Source: Candidatus Cloacimonadota bacterium (lineage in GTDB: Bacteria > Cloacimonadota > Cloacimonadia > Cloacimonadales > WRIO01). From it: 64,000 nt of DNA. Of the stretch, positions 19,168 to 28,924 are shown piece after piece (the stretch's first letter is position 1; every line of letters starts with the position of its first letter). The DNA lies in contig JAKQQL010000437.1 of NCBI GenBank assembly GCA_029564175.1, forward strand, positions 1-64,000, read 5' to 3'. Both the position numbers and the translations under genes were made by a program. The notes beneath the pieces were generated by a model that saw nothing but the letters and a program-made list of their open reading frames with translations, was not told the DNA's origin and ran no database searches.

Positions 19168-19863
19168 ATGAATAAAAAAGAAAAATCTCAGTTGGTAAAA
19201 CGCAGAGAAATTCTGACTGCTGCTTATCAGTTAAGCGAAGAAAAATTAATACAAAACGTAACCATGAGAGACGTATCCAAAAAATCAGAATATACACTTC
19301 GTACGATCTATCATTATTTTTCAAGTAAAGAAGAAATGTTTTATGACTTACTGACTACTATTATGGAAGAAAAAGCCAAATGGCTGGAACCCATTATTAA
19401 AAGCAATCAAAATCCCATCCAGCAACTGTTTGCTTATTTTTATGCAAACTTTGAATATTTGAACAAATATCCGATTGAATTGAAAATTGTTTATTATTTG
19501 CAATCAAACGATTATAACAATTTAAGTTTAAGTGAAGCCTTTCTTGAAAAACAAAGAGAAAGAAGAACCGATTTATATTATTTAATTTCAGATATTTATG
19601 AAAATGGGATAAATCAAGGTTATTTCAGACAAAGCATCCAAATCAAGGATATTCAGGATTCATTAACCAACACCCTTCGTTTGGTAATGTATTTTATCTT
19701 TATTTTAAAAGAAAGACCCGAATCCTATTATTGGAGTTTTTTAGAAGTTTTGTTACACGGAGTGATTCAAGATAATCACAAAGAATATTTAATCAAGCTT
19801 TTTTCAAACAAAAAACCAACACTTCATTTGCCTGATAAAATTAGATTATTAAGTGATATATAA
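19168..19863 (+). CDS. TetR/AcrR family regulator
   Basis: HTH VTMRDVSKKSEYTLRTIYHYFSSKEEMF; ATG 19168 after AAGGAGGTG. ORF track starts at 19126. Confidence 0.9.
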   Translation: MNKKEKSQLVKRREILTAAYQLSEEKLIQNVTMRDVSKKSEYTLRTIYHYFSSKEEMFYDLLTTIMEEKAKWLEPIIKSNQNPIQQLFAYFYANFEYLNKYPIELKIVYYLQSNDYNNLSLSEAFLEKQRERRTDLYYLISDIYENGINQGYFRQSIQIKDIQDSLTNTLRLVMYFIFILKERPESYYWSFLEVLLHGVIQDNHKEYLIKLFSNKKPTLHLPDKIRLLSDI

Positions 19864-19874
19864 AAGGGGGAAAA

Positions 19875-21437
19875 ATGAAAAAAATAACATTATTACTTGT
19901 AATGCTTATGTCGTTTTGCATAATGCTCTTTGGAACAGAAAGTAAACCTAAAAAGATTATCGTATTCGGATCATCAGTTGCATCCGGCTGGATTAGTAGT
20001 TTAAATGAGCAATATGACATGCAGAATGGATGGGCATTCAGACTGGAAAGATTTCTTGAAAATAAAGGATTCCAGGTGATTAACAAGTCTGTACCAGGAG
20101 ATAACACTGATTCAGCATTAAAAAGGTTTGAGAAGGCTGTCATTAAAGAAAATCCTGATATCCTGATCATCAGCTTATCGCTATCCAATGAAGGATTAGG
20201 TTCAAAACCCGATAAAGAGGTTATAGACAACTTTATGAATAATCTGAATAAAATGATAGAAAAAGCGGAAGCCAATCAAATAAAAGTCATCATTGGGTCT
20301 TGTTATGCAAATAATGAGTTCAGCAAGGAAGACTTTGAAGTAATCAAGAAAACCAATATTCAATTACAATCACTTAACAAACCGGTGATAAACTTGTTAG
20401 GAAACTTCTCAGATCTGAATGGCCATTTCCCTGAAAACCATTCATTTGACGGATTACATCCTGATAATTTTGGACATGAAGAAATGTTCCTTGGTATCGT
20501 TCCAGGTTTATTTAATCAACTCCTAAACCATAAAACAACGCTAAATAAATTTATCCCTTCTGATTTCGAAAAAATAGTTAAAAGTAAGCCTTTTTATTTC
20601 GTTCCTGAGTCTATTATGCATTCTTTTTGTCTGCATTTAAAGACTAAAAAACTGAAACACCTGAAATTCGATCTGTCACATACAAAAGGCGAACTTGAGA
20701 TTACAATTGAACCAAAAAATTTAATGATTCTCAGCAAAGATGAGCAGGGAAAAAAAGAAATTATATTGTCTAAACTAAAAATCAAAACAGATTTCAATTC
20801 AATCACTTATGATTATAACTATGCCAACCGGATCTTTCACATTTATTTAAATGACACAATAATAGCAGAATTTCCAATTGAAGCAGAACCCTTAATGCTC
20901 TCTTTATCAACAGATAAATCATATATGGCAAAAGATCTGTTGTTATATCGTACAAGTCTTCTCCCCTATGAGATCCAGCTCTTAAATAACAATCAACTGT
21001 ATCATGCCGGATTGGAAGTTTATTTGAAAAATATCTCAGATAAAGAACAATTAGCCCTCAGTAACAGCAGTTTTACAAATGACATAATCATAGCAAATGA
21101 GCGTAAAAATAAATTAGCGGCAGAAATTAACCAATACAATCAAAAACGTTCGTCTATGCCTGTTTTTAAAGACAAAACAGCTATTGATATGACTGAGGAG
21201 AAGTTAGCTGGATTTGTGGGTTCTTACCTGAATGATCAGGTTGGTGAAATCCTGATAGCCTTTAAAGAAGGAAAGTTATTATTAAATGTCATGGGTAACC
21301 AGGCTCAAATTTTCCCTGAAAGTGAGAATATCTTTTTCATGAAACATCCGGCGAAGATTACCTTAGAATACTCAGAGAATAAAGATCAGGTTAAGCTGAG
21401 TGCCTTTGGTCAGGAATTTGTAGGAAAAAAGAAGTAA
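19875..21437 (+). CDS. Exported SGNH/GDSL hydrolase with C-terminal extra domains
   Basis: Signal peptide; FGSSVASG, PGDNT, SNEG, DGLHP; C-terminal LAGFVGSY segment resembles DUF3471. Confidence 0.8.
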   Translation: MKKITLLLVMLMSFCIMLFGTESKPKKIIVFGSSVASGWISSLNEQYDMQNGWAFRLERFLENKGFQVINKSVPGDNTDSALKRFEKAVIKENPDILIISLSLSNEGLGSKPDKEVIDNFMNNLNKMIEKAEANQIKVIIGSCYANNEFSKEDFEVIKKTNIQLQSLNKPVINLLGNFSDLNGHFPENHSFDGLHPDNFGHEEMFLGIVPGLFNQLLNHKTTLNKFIPSDFEKIVKSKPFYFVPESIMHSFCLHLKTKKLKHLKFDLSHTKGELEITIEPKNLMILSKDEQGKKEIILSKLKIKTDFNSITYDYNYANRIFHIYLNDTIIAEFPIEAEPLMLSLSTDKSYMAKDLLLYRTSLLPYEIQLLNNNQLYHAGLEVYLKNISDKEQLALSNSSFTNDIIIANERKNKLAAEINQYNQKRSSMPVFKDKTAIDMTEEKLAGFVGSYLNDQVGEILIAFKEGKLLLNVMGNQAQIFPESENIFFMKHPAKITLEYSENKDQVKLSAFGQEFVGKKK

Positions 21438-21441
21438 GTAC

Positions 21442-21569
21442 GTAAAGTAAGCGACCAGCTTGCAATCAAAGAAATCGTACTGCGAGCATCTTGCTTGCAG
21501 AAATCATCGTACTGCGAGCATCTTGCTTGCAGATATGTAAAGTAAGCTGCCAGCTTGCGATCAAAGAAA
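21442..21569 (+). repeat. Array of four REP-like hairpin repeats (A-B-B-A')
   Basis: Identical 28-mers at 21474-21501 and 21506-21533; 33-mers at 21442-21474 and 21537-21569 with 3 mismatches; shared GTA-NN-GYRAGC-N5-GCTTGC. Confidence 0.85.
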
Positions 21570-21579
21570 GGAGATTAAA

Positions 21580-22287
21580 ATGTTAGTGAAATTAGAAAAT
21601 ATCTTAAATAATATTTATGCAGGAAAAGTACTTGATATAGCCACAGGAGCCGGTGATTTCATCGAATTTATTAAAAACATGAGTCAATTAGAATCTGTAA
21701 CAGCGATTGATGAACTTGAGATAATGGGTGAATTAATTAAAAAAAGACACCCCGAAGAAAATATTCATTTCAAAAAAATGAATGCCCATCACCTTGATTT
21801 TGAAGATTACTCATTTGATACCGTTTGTATATCCAATTCACTCCACCATTTTACTGATGTTAACCAGGTAATTCAAGAAGCAGTTAGAGTTTTAAAAAAA
21901 GGGGGGCTTTTGATTATCAATGAAATGTGTAGTGATGAACTGAATCCAGCTCAACAATCTCACGATAAAATGCACCGTTTCGTTGCTAAATTAGATCAAA
22001 AAAGAGGAATGAGTCATCAGCCTACTATGAGCAAAAAGGAAATTTCTCAGATTATTCAAAATACAGATCTGATAGAAGTTGATCATTTTGAGTTTTATTT
22101 TCCAATACCAGAAAGTCAACAAGCCTCAGTCATTGAAAGAAATATCAATGTATTAGACCTACAACTGGAAAGTTTTCAAAATGATCCTGAAATTTTACAA
22201 CTTCGAAATGAAGCAGAAAATATCAAGGAATATATGAGAATGAATGGTTTTACACAGGCAACATCATTGCTTTTTGTTTTACAATAA
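21580..22287 (+). CDS. Class I SAM-dependent methyltransferase
   Basis: VLDIATGAG, FEDYSFDTV, SLHHF, RVLKKGG. Confidence 0.9.
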   Translation: MLVKLENILNNIYAGKVLDIATGAGDFIEFIKNMSQLESVTAIDELEIMGELIKKRHPEENIHFKKMNAHHLDFEDYSFDTVCISNSLHHFTDVNQVIQEAVRVLKKGGLLIINEMCSDELNPAQQSHDKMHRFVAKLDQKRGMSHQPTMSKKEISQIIQNTDLIEVDHFEFYFPIPESQQASVIERNINVLDLQLESFQNDPEILQLRNEAENIKEYMRMNGFTQATSLLFVLQ

Positions 22288-22298
22288 TGAGACTGCTA

Positions 22299-22348
22299 AT
22301 ATAAGCACCTGAAATTTTATAAAAAGTCAATAACTCAGGTGCTTATAT
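22299..22348. terminator. 14-bp perfect inverted repeat between convergent genes, probable terminator
   Basis: ATATAAGCACCTGA-22 nt-TCAGGTGCTTATAT. Confidence 0.65.
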
Positions 22349-22357
22349 ATCTAATTT

Positions 22358-22903
22358 CTAACCACCTTCTGCTTTAAGTATTAAGCATTTATGATCATGA
22401 TTTGTAAGTAAACAAACATAAGCGCTTTCATAATTTAATTCTACGTCATATCCTGCAGAGTGATTTAGTAAATGATAAGCCTTTACTGGCTTGATAAGTT
22501 TCAACTGTATTGCACGACAAACAGATAAGTGATTTAATACACTTAGAAGAGTTAACAGACAATGAGATAAATTTTCATAAGCAATAGAAAAACGCTTGAG
22601 CAGTGCATGTACAAGCATCAGAAAAACAGAATAGGATGAAATACCCCTTTTTCTGAGTAAAGGATATTCTTTTTTGTACTTCAGAGCATACCCTGCCAGA
22701 TCTTTCTTGAAATATAGATTAAGTCCTTGCCAAAGTTCTTTTGCGATCTGATTAATCTGGATAATGGAGATATTTTGCTTCTGAAGGTTTCGGTGATTTT
22801 GTTTTCTGCTTACACAAATTCTGCCTTGTTGATACCAGGCAACATGTAAATCGCCAATTTTCTTTGGATAGTCATGTTGATGCTTATTTATAAATACTTT
22901 CAT
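22358..22903 (-). CDS. Basic hypothetical protein
   Basis: 181 aa ORF with AAGGAG RBS; no motif confidently assigned. Confidence 0.6.
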   Translation of the reverse strand: MKVFINKHQHDYPKKIGDLHVAWYQQGRICVSRKQNHRNLQKQNISIIQINQIAKELWQGLNLYFKKDLAGYALKYKKEYPLLRKRGISSYSVFLMLVHALLKRFSIAYENLSHCLLTLLSVLNHLSVCRAIQLKLIKPVKAYHLLNHSAGYDVELNYESAYVCLLTNHDHKCLILKAEGG

Positions 22904-23313
22904 ATCTACTCTCCTTATTATAATATACTCTATTTTTATTTAAAAACAAATTATTTTTCGAATAATTCTCATATCTATCCTGTAGAAAACCTTTGGATCA
23001 ATAGCTCACTACTTCCTGATCAATGTCTCCCAATTTAAAAAAGTAAAAAGAAATAAAGTAAGAAAGCAATAGGCAAGCAGTAAAATAGTTAAGAGTTATC
23101 TGTACTGATATAAATATCACTATTAACGGTAAAGTATATCAAATTTTCTCAATTCACTCAGTTTAGTTTTAAGTGATGCCTGGATAAGGCATGGGATTTT
23201 TTCATAGAGATTGTTTATACTTGGTGATTCAGTTCTTGATTTTCGAGAGAAAAAATAATAACTTAGTTTCTTATATACGTTCGTATAATTATAAGATCTT
23301 TATTGTTATAATC

Positions 23314-23336
23314 AAAAAGCCTCCTTAACGGAGGCT
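23314..23336 (-). terminator. Intrinsic terminator
   Basis: AGCCTCC-TTAAC-GGAGGCT with T-run on the minus strand. Confidence 0.75.
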
Positions 23337-23358
23337 CTAACTATTTATCAAATTCAGA

Positions 23359-24147
23359 TTACTTTACAGAATCATTGATTTCCTGTGAAAGTTTCATCAG
23401 ATTTTGAACTTCTTCTTTGGTAAAAGATTTTGTAGTATTTGGTTTAATGATTGTTTGGATATCTGTATATTTAGCTTTAATAGTAGCGTACCATGGTTTT
23501 GATAAGATTTCTTGGTTCTCAATTTTATCAAAGTTATAGATAATAACTTCTAAAATACCTTTTTGATCAAGTATCTCAGTTTTTGGTGAAGAATAGTTGG
23601 TATTAATCAGAAAACAGATTCTGTTAAGTCCTTGAGTCCAGCCACCGATTTGAACTAAGGTGAGTAAGTCAAATTGTTGGGTTTCATATAAAGAAATTTC
23701 AATCTGATTTTTGTATTTATCGAGAGATATTTGCAGTTCTTCCCACTTATCTTGTTGTATTAAATTCAATAACTCATCAGATAATTTTTGGACATCTTCT
23801 TTCACTCCAATCAATTTAGAAAAATCAATCATTGAATTGGCAATTTCTGTCAGTTTACTTTTGTTTCTGGATTTGGTTGCAATAACGGCATCTGCAGTTA
23901 AATAACCAAGATAGTAAGAAGCTAAAAAGACATCACTGGTTTCATTTTTGTATTCAGTTTTTAGTGCTTTATCAAAGTCGGCTTTTTGTAAATTATCCAG
24001 CGTATTAAACAATTCAGCAAAAGAAGGGAGATAGAAATTTCTGAATTCCACTTTTACAGTTCCCTGAGGTTCATTTGCTTTCTCTTTTTTTGCACAGGCA
24101 AAGAGTAAGACAGACACCATCATCAGTATGAGTATTCTTTTCAACAT
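23359..24147 (-). CDS. Helical lipoprotein of unknown function
   Basis: ATG 24147 after GGAGG; lipobox LLFA-C. ORF track extends to 24207. Confidence 0.75.
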   Translation of the reverse strand: MLKRILILMMVSVLLFACAKKEKANEPQGTVKVEFRNFYLPSFAELFNTLDNLQKADFDKALKTEYKNETSDVFLASYYLGYLTADAVIATKSRNKSKLTEIANSMIDFSKLIGVKEDVQKLSDELLNLIQQDKWEELQISLDKYKNQIEISLYETQQFDLLTLVQIGGWTQGLNRICFLINTNYSSPKTEILDQKGILEVIIYNFDKIENQEILSKPWYATIKAKYTDIQTIIKPNTTKSFTKEEVQNLMKLSQEINDSVK

Positions 24148-24339
24148 ATTTCCTCCAATTATGATCTTATTTTTGACAATATTACTAAAAATACGATATT
24201 GTGTCAATAAATTTTATATTTTTTTTTTACATAGTCTATTGAGTGCTGTATATATTTTGAAAGCAGTAAGTTATAGAACATTCCATATGATCAGGTCGTT
24301 TAAACAGATTTTACATTCATTTAGGTATAATTTAAAGAA

Positions 24340-24359
24340 AGTGCCGTAAAAACGGCACT
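24340..24359 (-). terminator. Hairpin/terminator downstream of ackA
   Basis: AGTGCCGT-AAAA-ACGGCACT perfect stem. Confidence 0.65.
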
Positions 24360-24424
24360 AAACAGTATACAGAAAGGGTAATTTTAAACCAAAAAATGAA
24401 ATAAAATCATGAAAATTTGTTAAA

Positions 24425-25672
24425 TCAAATCTGATTTTCTTCAACTGGTTGTTCTATTAAATGATAAGTATCTATGGAAATTTGTAATTCTTCATTTGTA
24501 GGAATAACCATTATCGTTACAGGAGAATAGGCAGTTGACACAATTCCTTCAGCAGATCCCTGAACTTTATTTTTTTCATAATCCATAAAGATTCCGATGT
24601 TTTCAAGATTATGACAAATTCTTTCTCTCATTCTGGCACCATGTTGACCAATTCCGCCAGTGAAAACAAGCCCATCCACTTTCACCATGTTTGCCGAATA
24701 CCCACCAATATATTTTCGGATTCTGTAAGAATAAATATCAAGTGCTTCTATTGCATTCTTATTATTGTTTTCAGCTTCTCTTTCTAAATCTCTTAAATCG
24801 TTTGAAATACCTGAAACACCCAGCAAACCTGATTTTTTATTCAAAATAGCGTTCAAATCCTGAGCAGTATAACCTCTCTCCAACAAATAAAAGATAATTG
24901 AAGGATCCAGATCACCACTTCTTGTACCCATTAAAAGTCCTTCAAGTGGCGTAAATCCCATGGATGTTTCAACTGATTTTCCACTAGATATGGCAGTGAT
25001 TGAAGCGCCATTACCCAAATGACAGGTAATTAAATTGGTATTTTCAGCTGAACGTTTCATCAGACTTAATGCCCTGTTTGCAACATAACGATGACTTGTT
25101 CCGTGAAACCCATAACGACGAATACGAAATTTATCATAAAATTCTCTTGGTAATCCATACATATAAGCAGCTGAAGGTAATGTTTGATGAAATGCTGTGT
25201 CAAAAACAGCAACCTGAGGTATAGCAGGCAGTAATTTTTCAAATATTCTGATACCCGTCAGATTAGGAGGATTATGCAGTGGTGCCAGTTCAATATTTTC
25301 TTCAATTGCCTGAACAACAGAATCATCAATCACAATAGAGGAAGCATATTTTTCTCCTCCATGAACAACCCTGTGTCCTATGCCAGCAATTTCCTTCATT
25401 GATCCGATAAAACCATGATCCTTGTGAGTCAGAGCACTAATAAGTAATTCAATTGCGTGCTGGTGGTCTTTAATTTCTAGCGTATTTGCATACTTTCTTT
25501 CTTCAGCCTCTTGAGAAATTGTCGCACTCTTTTCACCAATACGTTCAATCAAGCCTTTTCCTAATGACTTTTGATCAGGCATATTAAATACTTCGTATTT
25601 CAAAGATGAACTACCGCAATTAATCACTAGAATTTTTTTACTTGGATTATCAGGCGTTTTTGATTTCACCAT
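24425..25672 (-). CDS. ackA: Acetate kinase
   Basis: ILVINCGSSSLK, GHRVVHGG, LAPLHNP, VFDTAFHQT, YGFHGTSH, HLGNGAS, IPTNEE; ATG 25672 after GGAGG. Confidence 0.96.
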   Translation of the reverse strand: MVKSKTPDNPSKKILVINCGSSSLKYEVFNMPDQKSLGKGLIERIGEKSATISQEAEERKYANTLEIKDHQHAIELLISALTHKDHGFIGSMKEIAGIGHRVVHGGEKYASSIVIDDSVVQAIEENIELAPLHNPPNLTGIRIFEKLLPAIPQVAVFDTAFHQTLPSAAYMYGLPREFYDKFRIRRYGFHGTSHRYVANRALSLMKRSAENTNLITCHLGNGASITAISSGKSVETSMGFTPLEGLLMGTRSGDLDPSIIFYLLERGYTAQDLNAILNKKSGLLGVSGISNDLRDLEREAENNNKNAIEALDIYSYRIRKYIGGYSANMVKVDGLVFTGGIGQHGARMRERICHNLENIGIFMDYEKNKVQGSAEGIVSTAYSPVTIMVIPTNEELQISIDTYHLIEQPVEENQI

Positions 25673-25778
25673 TTTTCCTCCATTATCAGACTTTTTCAGC
25701 CTTTTTTGTTTTATTAAGTAAAAAATATTTATGATTACAATTTTGGCAACATTTTTTTTAAAATTGTTAAAAAGCATC

Positions 25779-25807
25779 TTGACTTATTAGTAAAAAGGGT
25801 ATATAAT
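25779..25807 (+). promoter_or_regulatory. sigma70-type promoter for the chemoreceptor gene
   Basis: TTGACT-17 nt-TATAAT. Confidence 0.7.
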
Positions 25808-25842
25808 TTAGGTAAAATTAGAGGGAGTATCAGGGGGATAAA

Positions 25843-27690
25843 ATGAACTCTATGAAAACGATGTCAATTGGCATGAAAATCAATATGATTTCTGTTACTT
25901 TTATTTTGCTACTTTCTGTAATTCTCAGCATCTTAAGTATATTGAGAATTTCAAACCTAGCTGAGAGTGTATCAAAACAAACTCTTGAATTGAAACTGAA
26001 TGGTGACCTTAATGCCATGCATCAGTTTATAAAAAATTATTATGGAGATATTGTCTTAAAGGATGGCATTCTATCTGATGTTAATGGACTTAGTCTTGAT
26101 AATCGTTTTGAAATGATTGATCAACTCAGTAAAGATTTAAAAGTAGTAGCAACCATTTTTGTGAAAGAGGGTAATGATTTTAAAAGAATTATTACCAGTA
26201 TTAAAAAAGCAAACGGAGAAAGAGCTGTTGGTACTTTTTTAGGATCTGGCAGTGCTGCATATCCCTTTATGAATCAAGGTAAAAGATATATTGGAACAGC
26301 AGAAATTTTAAACCAACAATATATAACGGGTTACGAACCTCTTTTGTTTCAGGGAGATATGATTGGAATACTGTTTGTTGGTGTACCAGTAGAAGAAGTC
26401 GATTTACTTATTTCAAGTTCTATTCAAAAAACGATTGTTTTTTATATTGGAATCGTCATCGGATTGTTGTTTTTAATTTCATTTTCCTTGTATCATTTTG
26501 TTGATAGATTAATCAGTAATCCAGTAAAACAATGTGTTGAAGTCGCAAAAAATCTGGCAAATGGAAATACTGATATACGTATAAATAAAATTGCCAACGA
26601 TGAGACAGGAGAACTCTCTTGTGCTATGCTTGACTTGTCAAAAATTATCAAAAGTTTAAATCATGAAATATTATTACTAACAGAATATGCAATGAAAGGA
26701 CAATTGGATAAACGGGCTAATATTCAGTTACAAAAAGGTGATTTTGCGGTATTATTATCTGAACTTAACCATTTACTTGAAGCAGTTACAAATCCAATAA
26801 GTGAAGCAATAAATGTGATGAACTGCCTGGCAGAAAAAGATTTAACTGTCAGAGTAAATGGACAATATAATGGAGACTTTGAATTACTTAAACAATATAT
26901 TAATCAGGCCGCCGAAAATCTGAGTGCTTCAATATTGGAAGTAGAATCATCTATAGATCAAATCTACAATGCTTCAGAGCAATTGTCTTCGATTAGTCAG
27001 ACCTTAGCTGATTCAGGAACTGAACAGGCAGCATCCATTGAAGAGATTTCGAGTTCACTTTCTGAAATTAATAGTCTTACAAATAGAAATGCTGAACAAT
27101 CAAAACAAGGATTAAAGTTGGCAGATTTTGCAGTAAAATCTGTTGAAAATGCAAATAATGCTATGGTAAAAATGAATCAGGCTATGATGATTATTCTTAA
27201 ATCATCTCAAGAAACAAGTAAAATTATTAAAACAATTGATGAAATTGCGTTTCAAACAAATCTCCTGGCTTTAAATGCTGCAGTGGAAGCTGCTCATGCA
27301 GGTGAAGCAGGAAAAGGTTTTGCTGTTGTAGCAGAAGAAGTAAAAAACCTGGCACTCAGAAGTGCTGAAGCAGCAAAAAATACTGACACCTTACTTGATG
27401 AAGCAGGTAAAAATACATTAATGGGATCACAGATAGTAAATCAGGTCAGTAACTCTTTTGATGAGATATATGCTCAGTTCACTAAAGTAAAGAATATCAT
27501 CATTGACATTTCTGCATAATCTGTTGATCAGGCTAGCGGTATTAGTCAAATTAATAATGGAGTAGGAGAATTAAACATTGTAACTCAAAAAAATGCTGCT
27601 AACGCAGAAGAATCAGCTTCAGCTACTGATGAACTAAAAAATCTAGCATCCAGATTAAAGGACATGGTGAATGAATTTAAAATCGATTGA
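25843..27690 (+). pseudogene. Methyl-accepting chemotaxis protein (Cache sensor, HAMPs, MA domain) with in-frame TAA at 27517-27519
   Basis: Two TMs; [33 protein letters not shown]; frame continues after the stop as SVDQASGISQINNGVGELNIVTQKNAANAEESASATDELKNLASRLKDMVNEFKID to TGA 27690. Confidence 0.85.
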
Positions 27691-27867
27691 TCTATCGTTT
27701 CGCAAGTTTTTAACTCCGATAAATATATAAAGAGATTTGTTAATCAGGAAATGGAATAGAATGCTTTAAAAAATAATTTAGAAAAATTGTATTTTTCTCT
27801 GATGACAGATACATAAAAAGTCTGTTCTCATTATCTTTTTCTTTTTGAATGTAACATCTGTATCAAT

Positions 27868-27893
27868 AAAAAAACTCCAGCCTGAGCCAGAGT
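27868..27893 (-). terminator. Terminator of the tRNA pair
   Basis: Minus strand ACTCTGGC-TCAG-GCTGGAGT then T-run. Confidence 0.65.
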
Positions 27894-27902
27894 CTTTTAT
27901 AA

Positions 27903-27978
27903 TGGTGGGCGTTGAGGGACTTGAACCCCCGACCACTTGCTTGTAAGGCAAGCGCTCTCCCAACTGAGCTAAACGCCC
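27903..27978 (-). tRNA. tRNA-Val (TAC)
   Basis: Reverse complement GGGCGTTTAGCTCAGTTGGGAGAGCGCTTGCCTTACAAGCAAGTGGTCGGGGGTTCAAGTCCCTCAACGCCCACCA. Confidence 0.97.
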
Positions 27979-27995
27979 GATACACTCTATTATTC

Positions 27996-28073
27996 TGGTC
28001 GGGATGACTGGATTTGAACCAGCGACCGCTTGAACCCCATTCAAGTACGCTACCCGGACTGCGCTACATCCCG
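27996..28073 (-). tRNA. tRNA-Pro (GGG)
   Basis: Reverse complement CGGGATGTAGCGCAGTCCGGGTAGCGTACTTGAATGGGGTTCAAGCGGTCGCTGGTTCAAATCCAGTCATCCCGACCA. Confidence 0.97.
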
Positions 28074-28120
28074 AACCTGAATACAAAAATATCATCAGCC
28101 CTTTTTTTGGCAAGTTTTTT

Positions 28121-28879
28121 TTAAATCAGACAGGTTTTTAGTTTGTTTAAGGATTGATATAGTTGACTAAATGTTTCAAAATCAAGCATTTGATTGGCAT
28201 CACTCAGTGCATTTTTTGGATCGTTATGAACTTCAATGATAAGCCCATCAGCGCCTGCAGCAGTAGCTGCCATCGACATTGATGGCACATAAATGCTGTT
28301 TCCGGTTGCATGAGAAGGATCTACAATAATCGGATAATCTGACAGATGTTTTATGATAGGAACAGCAGACAAATCAAGGGTATTACGGGTTTGAGTTTCA
28401 AATGTTCTGATTCCCCGCTCACATAAAACAATCTGTTCATTACCATTCATTTTCAAATATTCAGCTGCCATGAGCCATTCTTCAATTGTCGCCGACATTG
28501 CTCTTTTTAGAATAACTGGTTTTTGACAATGACTCAATTCTTTCAGCAAGGGATAGTTATACATATTTCGGGTACCTACCAGCAAAATATCCACATCTTG
28601 AAAGATGCTCTGAATTTCCTTTAATTCGACCACTTCTGTTACAGAGTACAAATTGAGTGATTTGCATATATCTGCCAGATACCTGATCGCTTCATTGCCT
28701 AATCCCTGAAAGCTATCCGGTGAAGTCCGTAATTTAAATGAACCGCCTCTGATCATCAGAACACCTAATGATTTCAGAAAAGAAGCAATCTGATACAGGC
28801 TGTCATAAGATTCTATGGCACAAGGACCTGCAATCACATTAAAATTATTTTTAAAATTTATATCTGTTTTATTCATCAT
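28121..28879 (-). CDS. aroF: DAHP synthase, class I-beta, catalytic barrel only
   Basis: IAGPCAIES, RGGSFKLRTSP, LCERGIRTFE, RNTLDLSAV, VDPSHATG, GADGLIIEVH. Confidence 0.88.
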   Translation of the reverse strand: MMNKTDINFKNNFNVIAGPCAIESYDSLYQIASFLKSLGVLMIRGGSFKLRTSPDSFQGLGNEAIRYLADICKSLNLYSVTEVVELKEIQSIFQDVDILLVGTRNMYNYPLLKELSHCQKPVILKRAMSATIEEWLMAAEYLKMNGNEQIVLCERGIRTFETQTRNTLDLSAVPIIKHLSDYPIIVDPSHATGNSIYVPSMSMAATAAGADGLIIEVHNDPKNALSDANQMLDFETFSQLYQSLNKLKTCLI

Positions 28880-28924
28880 ACCTGCTTTATATTTTTATCC
28901 ATCATGTAAAGAAGGAATCTTTTG

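Noticed and set aside
21442..21569. Mini CRISPR array
   Set aside because: Units are adjacent with only a few nt between them, no unique 30-40 nt spacers, and no cas genes.
27517..27519. Selenocysteine/pyrrolysine or genetic-code reassignment in the MCP
   Set aside because: The stop is TAA, which terminates many genes here; Sec and Pyl use TGA and TAG.
27778..28113. 111-aa ORF
   Set aside because: Spans both tRNA genes on the same strand; spurious.
27690..28120. Integrative element at the tRNA genes
   Set aside because: No integrase and no duplicated tRNA 3' end noticed in the window.
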